From assembly GCA_973895155.1 (NCBI GenBank), contig OZ316898.1, positions 18,363,292 to 18,427,291 on the forward strand: DNA of 64,000 nt. The letters are read 5' to 3'. This stretch comes from Marsupella aquatica. Taxonomy: Eukaryota; Plantae; Marchantiophyta. This document shows, piece by piece, positions 36,195 to 50,000 of this stretch; position 1 is the stretch's first letter, and every line of letters begins with the position of its first letter. Position numbers and translations under genes: made by a program. The notes under the pieces are model-generated. The model saw only the letters and a list, made by a program, of their open reading frames with translations. It did no database searches and was not told where the DNA came from.

Positions 36195-38739
36195 ATATAT
36201 TGGCTAAAGTGTCAAATGGCAGGGTGGTTATAAGACTTGCACCGGTGTGAATGGTCTTAACGTACAGACGTCCTATTTTTTAGTATTGTTTTCCTAGCAC
36301 AACCTGTGAGTCTTCGCCTCTCATGCTCGTAGGAGATACATACTTAACGCATGTAAACGACTAAAATTTCACGTTTATGATCAACATTGCTGATGTGGCT
36401 GAACGTGAAGGACCTTCCCATTTATGCGATCCCTAACAATGTACTTATAATCACCATCAGATCACATATATAGGGTCAGATCTGGACCATCAGATCTGCT
36501 GAGAACTGTAAAAGGACAGTCTTAGATCTGGTGACCATTTCATGGAAGTAAAAAAGATGCTTTGTATCAAATGGCTACCCATCTCAGTAGCTGCCCCTTT
36601 TGCGAAAAATCGCCAATACTAATTTCCCTGCTTATTGGTTGTACGAGAATCATTCAATGAAAGGAAAAGTCTTAGACTCTACCTACCATCTTAGATTGGA
36701 GACTGGAGAAAGGTTTATCTCCTAACCGTCAGGTAGAAAAAAAGAGTTGGTGATTTGAAGTTAGGCACCAATCACGTCCACAACAAAAACAATTGACAGT
36801 CAATCTGAAAAGGGCGAGCTTTGTACAACTTTGTCAGACAAACGATGTGCTTACCAATGGAAATTCTGAACCATGTCCAAATCACATGCTTGGCTGAGTG
36901 TGCAGACTACGTTGATCACGAGGGCAAGGTACTGTACCAACGATGAAAGAGATTGGTGGTCACCTTCTGTTGCAATGACGTTATGTGTACGGGACTGCAT
37001 ACAATTTTCGAGAATTTTCACTAATTCGAAGCTGAGTTTCAATCTTCGCTTATACTCTTAGATCTCAGCTTCAACAAATTACACAACCACACGGCACTGT
37101 GACACTTGAGTCAATTCCCCTCATATATTTTCGTCATGCTTTCGATTGCAAATTCATTGGCAAGCAACAACCTGACTCCGGGCCATGCCTTAATTTTTCA
37201 ATTGGTGAGATTTGATTCATTTGCCATTATTTTGTTCGATGACAACTAATTGGAAACTCATATATTTCTGAAGACATAATCAATTAAAGCGATCGAAACG
37301 TTAAGAAGTGGGGATCTCGGCGTATCTGAGGACAGATGTCTGAATCATGACAAGGTCACAAAAAAATCTGGACCGAATTGAAGGCTTCCAATTGAGTGTG
37401 AAGGACTTGGGATGAGACTCTGACACGAGTCTTCTATACGCATAATAAGAGAAATAGTCAATCACATGGACAATTCATTTTTCGGCACTCATTAACAGTC
37501 AAGGTCCTCGAATTTCTATACGTTTGTATCCAAATTGCAGCTCGAGCAAATTATCTCTCGAGCTTATTCCTAAGTCTATTCAATATTATCAGTAAACGGA
37601 GACCTGTATAAGTCAGAATGAGATCCACTGCCTAGATAGGACGACAACCTTGGTTCTATCACTGCACCTTTGAACTTCTAGACCACTGACGCATCATCTA
37701 GAACCTAAACCAATAGCTGTCGATGCTCAAAATAAAAAGTAACAATGCGTCCGAAGTTAGTAGAGAACACATAACCAATGCAAGAGGCAACCTTTTGGGT
37801 AGGCATACAGTACGTGCAGCTTCTGCTTTAGGTGGATTGAGTCATCAAGAGCTTCAAGGTGAAACATCAGTCCGCGTGTATCTCTTTTGTCTGTTGCGAA
37901 TAATTAAAGTTTCTGATTTCAAAGAGAAGAGAAGGTGAAAAACATTTTGCAGTCTGGCACCTTCCCAGTCTCCCAGTACAATTTTGCCTGCCAATATCTG
38001 AGATGCTATCAGAGATTGATCGAGCTTTAATTCGTTTTAACCACGAGCCAACTAGAAGTCTACTGTAGGGGACCTAGATGCTGTCCCTACTTCTAGTACT
38101 ACACCATATCATGACAGCAATCTACGAAGCACAACAATCATTACTGATAACAACTTTCTCACAGTAATTCAGAACAGAAAAACCTAAATTGTCAATCCAG
38201 AATGAACATATATAGCTGTCCTTTGTTGTTAACGATGAGAACAAAACGACGGAAGAGCTTTTAATCGAGAGGCGTTTTTCTTACAGTCACCGTAGCTAGT
38301 TGAACAATCATGACTGACAGACGAGGAAAACGTAAGTACGTTGTCAATCCAAATTAAACGAAAACAGGTGTCCCAGATTGACGATGTTAACAAAAACGAC
38401 GGATCGAGGAACTTTCAATGGAGGGACACTTTGCTCTCACATTACTTTACGCTTCTGCCCGTTCGCTCATGCACTGCGTCAAAAGCTTTTGTTCTTTTGA
38501 AATTACAGCGCGATGCCATAAATAATTTCCCTAGATTTTATCCTTTTACTTTACAAAAGTTTAAGACACTGATATACAGCAGTCTTTTAAATAAAAAATA
38601 CTAAGGATGTCACTACATCCGCATAGTAAAAGTTTTGCTGGTTTCACATACACTACCTATAATTATTTAATTTTGTCCAGGGACCCAAATCTTCGATATC
38701 CATTTATTGCACTAACCGCATCGTCCTTACTGCACCCCT

Positions 38740-38985
38740 CTAACCATCACAATATCACGAGACAGTTGTACTAGCTCACTCACGAACTGTAACTCTCTAA
38801 CCATCACCGAAACCATCACAATATCACGAGACAGTGGTACTCACTCGCGAAGTGTAAGTCTCTAACCATTAGAATATCACGAGATCGACATCATAATATC
38901 ACGAGAGAGTAGTACTCACTCAAGGACTGTAAGTTTCCAAACAATCGCAATACCACGAGACGGTACGTAGTCCTCACTCACGGAC
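38740..38985 (+). repeat. Degenerate tandem repeat with a CAATATCACGAGA core, about 5 copies
   Basis: ACAATATCACGAGACAGT...ACTCAC recurs near 38750, 38818, 38872, 38894 and 38948. Confidence 0.7.
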
Positions 38986-40935
38986 AGCAAATGCGGGTCC
39001 ACAATGGATACATCCAGGCCCAGTCCATCACGGGCCTGGATCTATGTCAATCCACATCTAGAAATGGAGCCATTCCTGGACTAACAGTGACACAAACACA
39101 AAGAAGTGATACAATGCCAAACTCGAATAGACAAGCAAGAAGAATTAGATGAGATTGATAAACATTCAAATCACTGGGCTTTCCAGCAGTGCTTCGTTAA
39201 AAGTGGATGCTGATGATGCCGTTTGCGGGCTTGGGTGTTTTTTTCCCGCTCGCGTAGTATCATTTCCATGATCCCAGAAAACATAAAGAATAATGGGCAG
39301 GAGTTTTTCTGAACTACAAGGAATTGGCTAGTCCTGTTGAAGCTTCACCAGTTGAGCAATCATCCAGGGCAGGCCTGCGTTGATTTTTTTATTCCAAAAT
39401 TCCACGAGAGTTCAACTCTCCTCTCAGAGAAGCAGATGAATATAAAAAAGAAAAATACTTTTAGAGAGTGTCCAAAATGTCTCCTAGCCAGGCTTGGCTG
39501 TCACCGTTCGCCCTTGTAGGAAGATGTTAATATAAGTTGATCTGCAACACTTATCGACTGCCATTTTAGGCAGTCCATAACTTTTCTATCAATTAACCTA
39601 CTTTTTGGTGTGAGATTCCTTCTGAAGTACCATCTTCCCCAAACACAGCACCATGGCCTTGTGTTCCAAAATGGATTTTTTGAGTCCCCGGACAAACAAA
39701 ATTTTGAACTCAAACCCAACGGCTATTTAACTGAAAGCCCGGGCATGTGTGTTCAAGTTGAATGTTGTGTTTGAGTTGGACATTGTGTTCAATGTCTGAC
39801 CTAGCATTCAAGCTCTGACCCTAGCACGTTAAAATCTACATTGAGTACCAAAGGTACAAAATTATGAATCATATGAATATGATAACACCAATATTCCAAC
39901 ACACAGCCATAATTCAAAAACAATCCCCGTTCTTGAACACAACACCATTGATGCAAGTTAGTAGAAAAGGAATGAAACCATGGTCAAAACTCAAACAAAA
40001 GGGCTGGCTCCAAGCACACCATTTGAATAGAGATCCTTGACCCACTATTTGAATACAGCGTTGTGTGGAATATATACAGCGTTGTGTTCGAGAGCTGTGT
40101 TTGCCTAATCACACATCAAAATGTGATAACATAGGGCATGCACTTCTTGATTTAAAGAAAAATAATGAGATTTATCATGATATGGGACCATGTCATACCT
40201 GTATTTGGGGAAGACAACAGTAGTTTTGAGATGCCCTACTATATATATATTTGAGACACCTACTATATACTATACAGTAGGAGACAGCGCAGCACAGAAA
40301 CTATGGGGGCAGCTCTGGGAGGCAGTTTCTGAGAGAGCTCATTCAGCACACAAAGTGCAAAAAAGCGAGCGACAGATCGACATAAGGACAGGATCGTGAG
40401 GAGACGAGAGAAAAGAAAAGAGAAGAGAGGCAAGGAAAGCGAGGCCAGGTGAGGCGATACGAGACGAGACGAGAGCTCCGGCCTCGAAGGCAGCGATGGT
40501 GGGGGGGGGGCGAGGGGGGGTGGGGGCGGGGCAAAAGTACATCGAGGCTAGTAGTCTACTGTACTGTTTTCACGTTGAAGTAGTAGTGGTCAGCAGTGGT
40601 GCATAAAAATCTTCTTCCACAGCAGAAGAGAAAAGGTGCGTCGAGGAGGCCCGGTCGGTTTGCTCCCATCGAATGCCTGGCGTGGGTGGCAGAAGCGTCC
40701 AGAAGCAGAGTCTGCTCAGATCACGAGTCCTGCTCCAGAGATCGTCTTATAAACACCCCTCTCTCATCTGCCTCAACAGACTCGACTCGATTCCTCATTC
40801 TATCGATCACTGCATTCTGCTAGCTGCTGCCCTCTCACTGCTCGATCCCCACTGCAAGCTCGCTCAATCGCTTGATCCCTCTAGCCGTAGCTGCTGCTAC
40901 TGCTAAGTAGGAATCAAAGAAGTAAAGCAGACACA

Positions 40936-43116
40936 ATGGCCGGCAAGATTGCGCTGGGCAGGAGTTCCGAGGCCACTTCAGCTGATGCGCTGAAGGCGGC
41001 ATTTGCTGAATTCATCGCCACATTCCTCTTTGTGTTCCTTGGCGTCGGTTCCTGCGTCGCCTACGGTACGCCAATTCTAATCCAGCTGCTCTACAGTCCC
41101 CAAGTCCTGAATCCGGTTTCGCTACTTGGTTGGTTGGTTCTTATCTCACAGTCATTAGCGCATGTCCAACATATTAGATGATAGGGTCTGAGCTGGAGTT
41201 ATGAGCAAATTGTGCATTGCTTAGAGGTAAGAATGTTCGACCACAGTGAGCCTCATTCAGGAATGATGAGCGAGCCTCGACATTATATACATTATGCCGT
41301 GAAATTTGTTGCTGTAGCTACTATGCATGCTGAACCATGATCCTGTATATATGTTCGGGGATAGGACCTTGGGCTAGCCACCGAGGAAAAATGGTGGTAG
41401 TAAACCATGTAATTGCCATTTGACAGAGGAGCCCTTCACAGTGGAATGGATGCAAGCCAGGTGGAGAGGCTCTCCGTTTTGATGGCGTGGGGCATCAAAA
41501 CTGAACGGTGCCCCACGCCGTCAACTGGCACAATTCTAGATTACGATTTGAGTACTCACGTTACTCTGCAGTAACGTGATAGGCCAGGTGCATATCCACC
41601 TGATATTTGTAATCTCAAGCTAGGAACCCTCTCCTTCAAAAACCCCAAGCTCTGGTTGCAGCTGCACGACTCATGATGAGCTACACTGTATCCGTGTGTT
41701 AAATCTGATTTCTTAGGTAGTCAGGAAGTATATGATTGCTCGTGGTACCCAATACCTTATTTCTGCATGGTGGGCTCAAATGTTAGCTTCCTTTTCTCAC
41801 TCAATTGATTAAGAGGATCCTGAAGACTGCTGTAAGGTATTATTGTATTGCAGCACTTTGGTCCAGTCAGGGAGCCCAACAGGCAGCCAGTCAAAAACCT
41901 TTACGAGTCTCCAGCTCTTATTCTGAGGTCTCGACTGTATGCCACCTGAATGGATTCAGCCTCTGACATCTCCATCTTTGTGCCGGCAGTATAATACATG
42001 TTCCTGTCTGCTTTGTCTTTTTCCACGTAAGATAATCGTTGAGTAATTGGAACCTCGAGCACTAGTTCCAAAGGAGAGTTCCAACGAATATTCTATGGGT
42101 CAAGACAGCTTTTCGCAGGCTTGGTGCGATTCATAAAGTGGTCACTTAGAAAGCTTATGAGTATCGACATTAGTTGTGGCCGTCGATCTGCGCACCCGTG
42201 AACGAAATGCCAAAGAACTGTGAATGAACCGATGAATAATCAACTCAGTCACAGTGAGTCACGGTTTGCATGCTGCCTAACGGAGATCATTGAGTCTTAG
42301 CATTCGTTATTGTGGTCTTTGATTTTGCAGCTAAGATTCACGAGGGAGGTCTCGATCCCGCTGGCCTTGTCGCCATCGCCCTCGCCCACGGTCTCGGCAT
42401 TGTCATCACCGTGGCAGCAACCGCCAACATTTCGGGAGGACATGTCAATCCCGCCGTCACTTTTGGCCTTGCCATCGGCGGTCACATTACCATTTTCCGG
42501 GGTGCCCTCTACTGGATTGCACAATTGCTCGGCTCCACTGCTGCTTCCTACACTCTGAAAATTATCATCGTCCCAGGACAGGTATTATCTCGTGTCTAAT
42601 ACATCTCTTCCATGAACTCGTCCTGGTTCCAAATTCAAACTCATGCTACACACCAATGGCCCTTGAGTCCTTTTTCACATTTTGAATGGCGAGAATTTCT
42701 ACATGACATGTTTGATGATATCTGACTGTTGCCTTGTCTTGCAGACCATTCCACCGCACGGGTTGGGAGATTCAGTAAGCGTGATTGGAGCGCTCGTTCT
42801 GGAAATCATCCTCACATTCTCCCTGGTGTTCGTGGTGTACGCCACCGCTGTGGACCCCAAGAAGGGCTCCATTGGAATCGTTGCGCCTCTCGCAATCGGA
42901 TTCACCGTGCTTGCAGCTCACTTTGTCGGCGTGCCATACACCGGAGCGTCACTGAATCCCGCTCGCTCCTTCGGTCCCGCATTCGCAACCTTCACATGGA
43001 CACACCAATGGATCTACTGGGTTGGTCCCCTCATCGGAGCTGCCATTGCTGCTGTGGTCTACGGAGAGATCTTCCTATCCCCCGCATCCCACAGCCCAAT
43101 CCCTGACGAATTCTGA
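40936..43116 (+). CDS. Aquaporin (MIP), TIP-related, with HIP-type ar/R filter (H/H/A/R)
   Basis: Exons 40936-41065, 42331-42581 and 42745-43116 give 250 aa. [16 protein letters not shown] and [14 protein letters not shown]2=His (ALAHG), H5=His (LAAHFVG), LE1=Ala, LE2=Arg; loop C His (PPHG). Confidence 0.92.
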
Positions 43117-46100
43117 GTCCGTTAACAACTCTTGATTAGCCGGCTCGGAGTATATGCTGTATCATCTAGCATTCCTCGACTTAGTCGTCGATCTGAGGTT
43201 AGATCAAGTTGAGGTGGAGCTGAGCTCACAGCCTGAAGTGTGATGGTTGTGAGAGTAGACCATCAATGCCTGTATGCATGAAATTTTTGGATTGTTCTGC
43301 TTGATCGTTACCTAGCGCACTACAGGAATAGTTGGTTGTACTCTAAGGAAATGAAGAAAGATGGCACACTCTATCTTCAATTCATCGCATGAAGTAGCTT
43401 TGTTTGGATTCATGATCAACCCCCCACGATGTCTTTCTGTCTACTTTAGCCCTGCAAGCGTCAGAGAGCTGCAGATTTGAGAACCCTGGAGCTCGTTCTT
43501 CTACGCAAGCTAGTCGAATAGATCGGTCTGGGGCCACAGTTTCGACGAAGGTTTGTCGGGTAGACTGGTTGGCCATTAGTAATGCATGGCAAATACGTTT
43601 ACCGCATCTTCTTGAGTGGCTAGCTCTTTAAACAAGGTTGAGCTGCAGTGCTAGCTCGTTGTAGACCTGTACTTTATTTGAAATAAATACCTTACATTAT
43701 AGGCGCTGCTGGATCAATGAGAGTCTGTACGTCGTCATTAGAAAATCGTAGTTTTGTGCACATCTCGACGGAGGATTGAATCATGTTTCTCCCTTTTGAC
43801 ATTATGCAAATGAAAGTGCTGGATCAATAACAATCTATATGTCTTTTAGGAAATGCCAGTGTTCTGCACATCTTGAGTTGTTTGGATCAAATTTTCCCAT
43901 TGACATTATGCAATTAAAATCCTGACCTCGTGAGTTTTTTGAAGCAAATAAATGAATTAACGATTTAACAACGCATTTCTCTGCGGCATACAATGCGGTG
44001 ATTGTTTGAAAGGACACTGTAAGTTATAATTAAGATAGAACGAACTAGTTCCGGAGGCTCCTCTAGAGCCTAATGTTTACGAAGATGCATGATTTGTAGA
44101 ATTCATCAAACATTCTAAACAGTGTACTCTGCACCTAAATGATTATTGCTAAAGTAACTAGCAACAAAGAATTGAAGTCCCTGTACAGATTAGTGATTGA
44201 ATGGACACTCACGAGACCTTGACGACTGAATTGGGACCATTGGAGACGGCAAACCCCCGTTTCAATTTTCTTTGTCCAAAAGTCAGAGTAAGGATGACTG
44301 AATTGAGACCGTTAGAGACTGCAAACCCCTGTTTGATTTCTTGTCAAAGCAATTGGTGACTGGCAAATGTTCTACAACTACCATCTAGGCATGCGTTCTG
44401 GCATTGCTGTACAAGATGGCCCCACTGAACACGAGTTACGCTTGAGAGTTTCTGGTTAGTCTGAGCCTTCGCCTACATATAAAACTTTTTGCTAATTCAG
44501 AGGGCGTTCCTATTTTTGGACTGATTCGAGAAGACCAGGAAGTTCCAATTCATTCGTCAACTTCTGATCACTAATAGGAGTTGTAGATCTGAAGGAGAAC
44601 ACTGGGAAGTCCTGAGATAGTAGTCCCAGAGCTTGGGAGAGAGTTCAGCATGGAACTAGTAAGGTTGAAATAATGGATTGATTAATTGTCCCTCCATTCT
44701 CCCTCACAAAATCTGTTAGCCCTAGTCCCAAAGTCTGCTGGAAAAACTGAAGTTGATGTCATAATTTGGCCTGCATTGGTTGGGGTGTTATTGGTGTGTA
44801 CTATGGAAAAGGAAACTGGATGTGTGCACGAGATCTCTCTAACGTTGTGATGGAAATTGGGCTGCTTCTAGTGGATATTGAAGACTGCTAGCTACTGCAA
44901 GATTGAGACACTCCTGGCAACCTTTCTTCTTCCCATTATGAACAAGTTTACAGTCAGCTTGCTGGCAAAGAGGCAGCTCTATCTGGTTAATTAGTTCCAG
45001 TTCTATTTTCATCTCTCGATTTCAGCCTGCCGACTCGCTATTAGCTGTTATTTGACCATCGCTGTTCGCTTCCCTGCTCAGCTCCAACCAATCAAGCTCC
45101 TGCGGTTTTTACCATTCTTGGGAATCGAGGTGGCTACTGTTGTTCTCCAAGTGGCTGGTGAAGTAGAAGTCGAAGTGGTTATGCTGTTGATGGTTTAGAG
45201 TACAATTTGGTAGGTTGGTCCCAGGCTGCAGTTCATTGGCGTGTCATTTTCGTAAGGTAGAGAGACTATAGTACACAATTGTAAAAGAAAGGAATGACTT
45301 CCCAAAAATTCCTCCATACAGAACTTTACTGTACGAACAGTAGAAAAAGTGCAGAAGCTCCCAAACCCCATCCAATTATCGAGCCAGGTCAAGCACTCGC
45401 TTCAATGTCCCCTCATCTCCCTGACCTTTTGACAAACCAAAGCCAATAGCAAAATTCACCAGCTTCTTCTTTTTGGAGAGGAATCAAGGAGTAGTTGTTG
45501 CATACCTCTCTCGGTCTCTATCTCTCTCGGGCTTGCTCCCGATCTTTCGTTGAGCATGCATTACTTTCTCCTTTCTATCTTTTTTGACACGGACACCCAT
45601 AATGCCTTTGTTTATCCAGGTCCCTACAAATTAACATTGCATTGACTGAAACAGGGCAGAAATAAAAATAAAGCTCACAAATTTATAGCCAAGTGCCCAA
45701 ACCATGCAAAATCGAGAAGATGCCAAGGATCTAGCACATGCACGGATCTGGAGAGACATGATAATAAGATATGAAAATTGAACAGATTGAAGGAATGTTT
45801 GGCTGCTTTCATGCCATTTTTTAAAAGAAAATTGAACATCATTTAAAAATTGAGGGATTGAAGGAATGTTGAGCTGCTTTTGGGCCAAACTTCAAAGAAA
45901 ATTGAACAGAACTTAGAAATTGAAGGGAGGATTGGATTGAAGTCAGGATGGACCTCCACATTTTCCCAAATGATCTGACAGACTTTTGCAACCCATTAGA
46001 TTGCACCAAAACTCTCTTCACTACTCATGTAGCGCATATTATAGGGATTAGTAATGTAGCAAGAAATCTAGATAGACATTTTCGGAATTTAATTTGTAGG

Positions 46101-47097
46101 TCTCAATTCTCAGTGGACATTAGGCGCTTTGAGCAAGTTGGAAAGATTTTTTCAAAAAGTTTCCAACAAACCCCAAAAACACTACTCTCTCCATTATTCA
46201 AGAAAACTAGACATTAGACTAGCTGAAAAGAACACGGAAAAGTTCTTTTCAAGCTCATTCTCACAAGCCTCAGAAGAGTTCATTCCACCGGATATCAAGG
46301 GAGTATATTGAAAATGCTAAGGAAACTAGAAGGGTGAAAGTTTAAAAGCTGTCACAATCCATGGGAGTTACATGGTTCACCAGTTTGGTGCATGGGAGCA
46401 TTGAAGCCAAGATGGACCTCCACGTTTCCAGAAAAGGATATACTCCATTATTATTATCACTGTGATTATTGAAATGTAGATTGCATATTCTATTTTTAAT
46501 AATATATTCATATCTGCAGCACTGTGCTCCTTTGGGCATTATTTTAACGAACAACAAAAGCAGATTTTGGCCCAATGGCCGATGCGATGCATACCGAACA
46601 GACAGTGAAAAGCTCATTTGGGAGAGCGTGAGCAGATTTTTCATCTTCCCGACCAGTCACACGTGTTGGGCTTCCATTGGTCGGTGGATGGCTGAAATTG
46701 CACGACACCTGTGACATCGATCCTCAGAACACTCTTTCGGTGGCATAGTGTGGAGTACAATTTGGTGTGGCCTGTGATTTATTTTTTCTCTTTTAATTCT
46801 TGAGTGTGCCTAATGCTATCTCAAGTCTACGATGCTAAGATTAGTTTTGACAGTTATATACACTAGGTTGAATGATATAGCATATTCATGGAACATGCTT
46901 CACTTTTGTTTTTAAGTGAAATCCAGGTGATCTAAATTTTTTTTGGCAAATATAAGCAAGACATTGACTAGGAAAAAGTACAATCTCATATTGAAAGGTT
47001 GTGCACATATGGTACAAGAGTAAAAGTACACATATTAAGAAAAGTAATAATGAACAGGAAAATGTTGTCTATGGTCTATGGCTGTGCACATATTGTA

Positions 47098-50000
47098 TGT
47101 TAGATATTGCTCTAGTCTTGTGACTCTTGAGCTAACCATAGTTAGTCTAACTCGGGTTAAGACTTAGCTAATGTTAGCGGTAGTGCTATTGTGCATATAG
47201 CTAGGGCTGATGCCAGACCCTGGTGGAACTTAGGCTCATTGTTACGGAGCTAGTTGAGAGATAGGGAGAGCTTGTGCTGTGGATGCTTGGTATGGCCGGT
47301 CGGCCTAGAGTGCAGTAAAGCTCTTGTGTGTTCCCGTGGACGTAGCCTCATGTGGAGGTGAACCACGTATCTCTCTGTGTCGACTATTGTGCGTTGGATG
47401 GTTCTTGGGCTTGCCGTTGCGAATGTCGTCTATGCTCAACAAGTGGTATCAGAGCATGCCTGGGAGGTGACGAGGTTTTTTCGTGACAGGTTTTTCCAGG
47501 GTTCATTGTCGATGGTACATTCGGAGTTTCGTCGCATGAAACTCGAATGTGTGTGGCTGAGCGGATAGGTTAGTGAGAGGGTTTTCTAACGGTGGTTAGA
47601 ACTCGCTGATCGGTATCCGTGGTGCGGAGGAATCGAAGTTTGCGTCGTTCAGGTTTTATTCGTGTTCGACGGGTTTTCCGGGGAGAGACCAGAGTTCGCA
47701 TTTTTCAATGGTGTGAGCTGTGCGGTGCGGAAGGGATCGCACATTATAGCTCAAGTTAAAGGTTGAAGCGAGCTGGTCGTTTCGGTAGCTGGATTGCTGT
47801 CGAGTTGTTACCGAGTGCATCATGACGAGTGAAGGAGGCGTTCAGGTTTTTTCACAAGCTATGGAGCTTGTTCACATCTGAACCGGGTTTCTCCTCGTGA
47901 CGTCCGACTCGGTGGAAGAAACGCGAAGTGCTACGGCTCAACGGTTTGATCGTGGCAAGGCGGTCGTTTTGAGCCCAGGATTGGCACTTGACGCGGAGTG
48001 AGTGTGACATGACGGAAAGTTTTGTCTCAACTGGAGCTGCAGACTGTGCCGGTTCAATTCGGCAACTTTTCCCGTCGGTGGTGTTCACTTTGCTCGTAGA
48101 AATCAGCGGCAATTAAGGTGTGTGTTTCATTCATTTTTCCTGGGGGGAGATTTGTTGGCTTATAGGGGGGTTTGGGTCCTTTTTTCAGTGTGTATACGAG
48201 GTGTATCCACACCTCGTACCAGCCCACCCCCGTGTACTAGTCTTTACCCCCCCCGACACCCTAAACTTTAGGCGCAGCGGCGCCTCTCGGAGTGCCGGCC
48301 GGCGCTAAAGGCGCTGCCTCGTGCCCTCCCGTATCGCCCCCCCCCCTTTACCCCTCCGTCTCGCGCTGCCTCGCGACCGGCTGCTTCTGCCGGCCGCCTG
48401 CCCTCGGTGTACGCTAACCACCCCCCGGTCCCTTACTGCCATTACGAGTCGGGGACTCCCGCCGGCCGTTCCTACCCTGTGACCCCGGCGCCTTGCGCCT
48501 TACCACGCCCATGTATTTCCCCCTCCTCAACCCTCGATGGTGCCTGGCCCGCCTCGCGTCGCCTATACGACGCGGATGCGCCTGTTTTATACTGGTATTT
48601 TTGGCTTTAAGGGGCTTAGGCACCCCTTTAGGACCTATTTTTCACCTTTTTTCCGCTTCCTCTTGTTTTCCCTTTGTGCTAGGACCTGCCGCCCTCCATT
48701 TTAACCGCTCCGACAGGGGGAACGGCCCCCTGTGAGACCTGTTGGACTGTGCGGGAATATTCCCGAAAAACAGAGAGCTATTTTTTGGCCGTCCGACAAA
48801 GATTTCGTCCGCCGAACGGTAACTTTTTTGGTTCTTTTTTGGCGAGGACGTTGCCACTGGAGTTAGCAACGCGGCGCACCAATCACATTGCGATTCCGAC
48901 TACAGGTTATACTGGGTATTTTGGTTATTCTCCGAGGTGGTCAACACGAGGGAGTTTCCCAAGGTTTTACCCACCCCGACCGAAATTTGAATAACTTTTC
49001 CGTCGAATTTTGATTTTGATTTTGGCTTTCAGTATTGGACTCCTAGCTTCATGGGCTACGCGGCGGTGTTGAGTTTTGAGTTTTGTGAGAAGTTTCAAAA
49101 AAAGACGTTTTTTCATGATTGTTTCATATGAGTGACTCGGAGGATACTGGAAGAATTGGCGTCGGTGGAGCTTCAGGATCGCGACGTTCAGGCGGAGAGT
49201 CTGAGGAGGAGCTGCTACCATTTGAGGAGGAACAAGTGTCACCGGTACGATCACCGGTGCGACGTGCAGTGGAGGAAGCTGTACTACTACCAGAGCTATC
49301 GGTAGTGGGGAAGAAGAGGGAGATGGCTAGATTTGGAGGAGTGAAGTTTGAGGTGGAGAAGTACAATGGTCGTACTGATTACTTGTTGTGGGAGAAGCAA
49401 GTGAAGGGTGTTCTTCGGGCCATGGGCTTAGCTCATTTGCTCTCTTCGCGAGAGCAGTATGATGGAGAGGAGGAGATCTCAGAGAAGCAGTGGAGACAGG
49501 AGCAGGTGATTGCTGTCAATGCAGTGATGCTTTATCTCAAGCCGCACATCATCAAGCAACTGGATGATTATGCGGATTGTGCGTCACTGTTCAAGGCTCT
49601 AAGAGAGAAGTACTATCGGGAAGATGCGTCAGACCGGCTGTACAAGAAGTCTCTCTTGATGAGCCTCAGGCTCAAGGAAGGGAGCAAGATGCAGGATCAC
49701 TTGGATGAGTTTGACAGTCTAGCGGTGGATCTGTCAAACCTGGGAAAAGGAGTTGAAGATGAGGATAAGGCCTTGCTTCTGCTAAGCTCCTTACCGCCGT
49801 CATATTAGGGCTTGAAATAGGTGCTTTTGTACAGAGATCTGAAGTCCATTTCGTATAATGAGGTGGTGAGCTCTTTACTGTCTGATGATGCTCAGAAGAA
49901 GTTGGGTCAATCACAGACAGCATCTTCTTCTGGCACTGCGCTGAATGTGAACTGTGGGAGAGCAGCGCAGCGCTCAAATGGACAGAACAGGTTTAGATCT

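Noticed and set aside
44958-45082. miR408-like hairpin (CTGCCTCTT core)
   Set aside because: Only a 9-nt match, and the putative arms pair too poorly.
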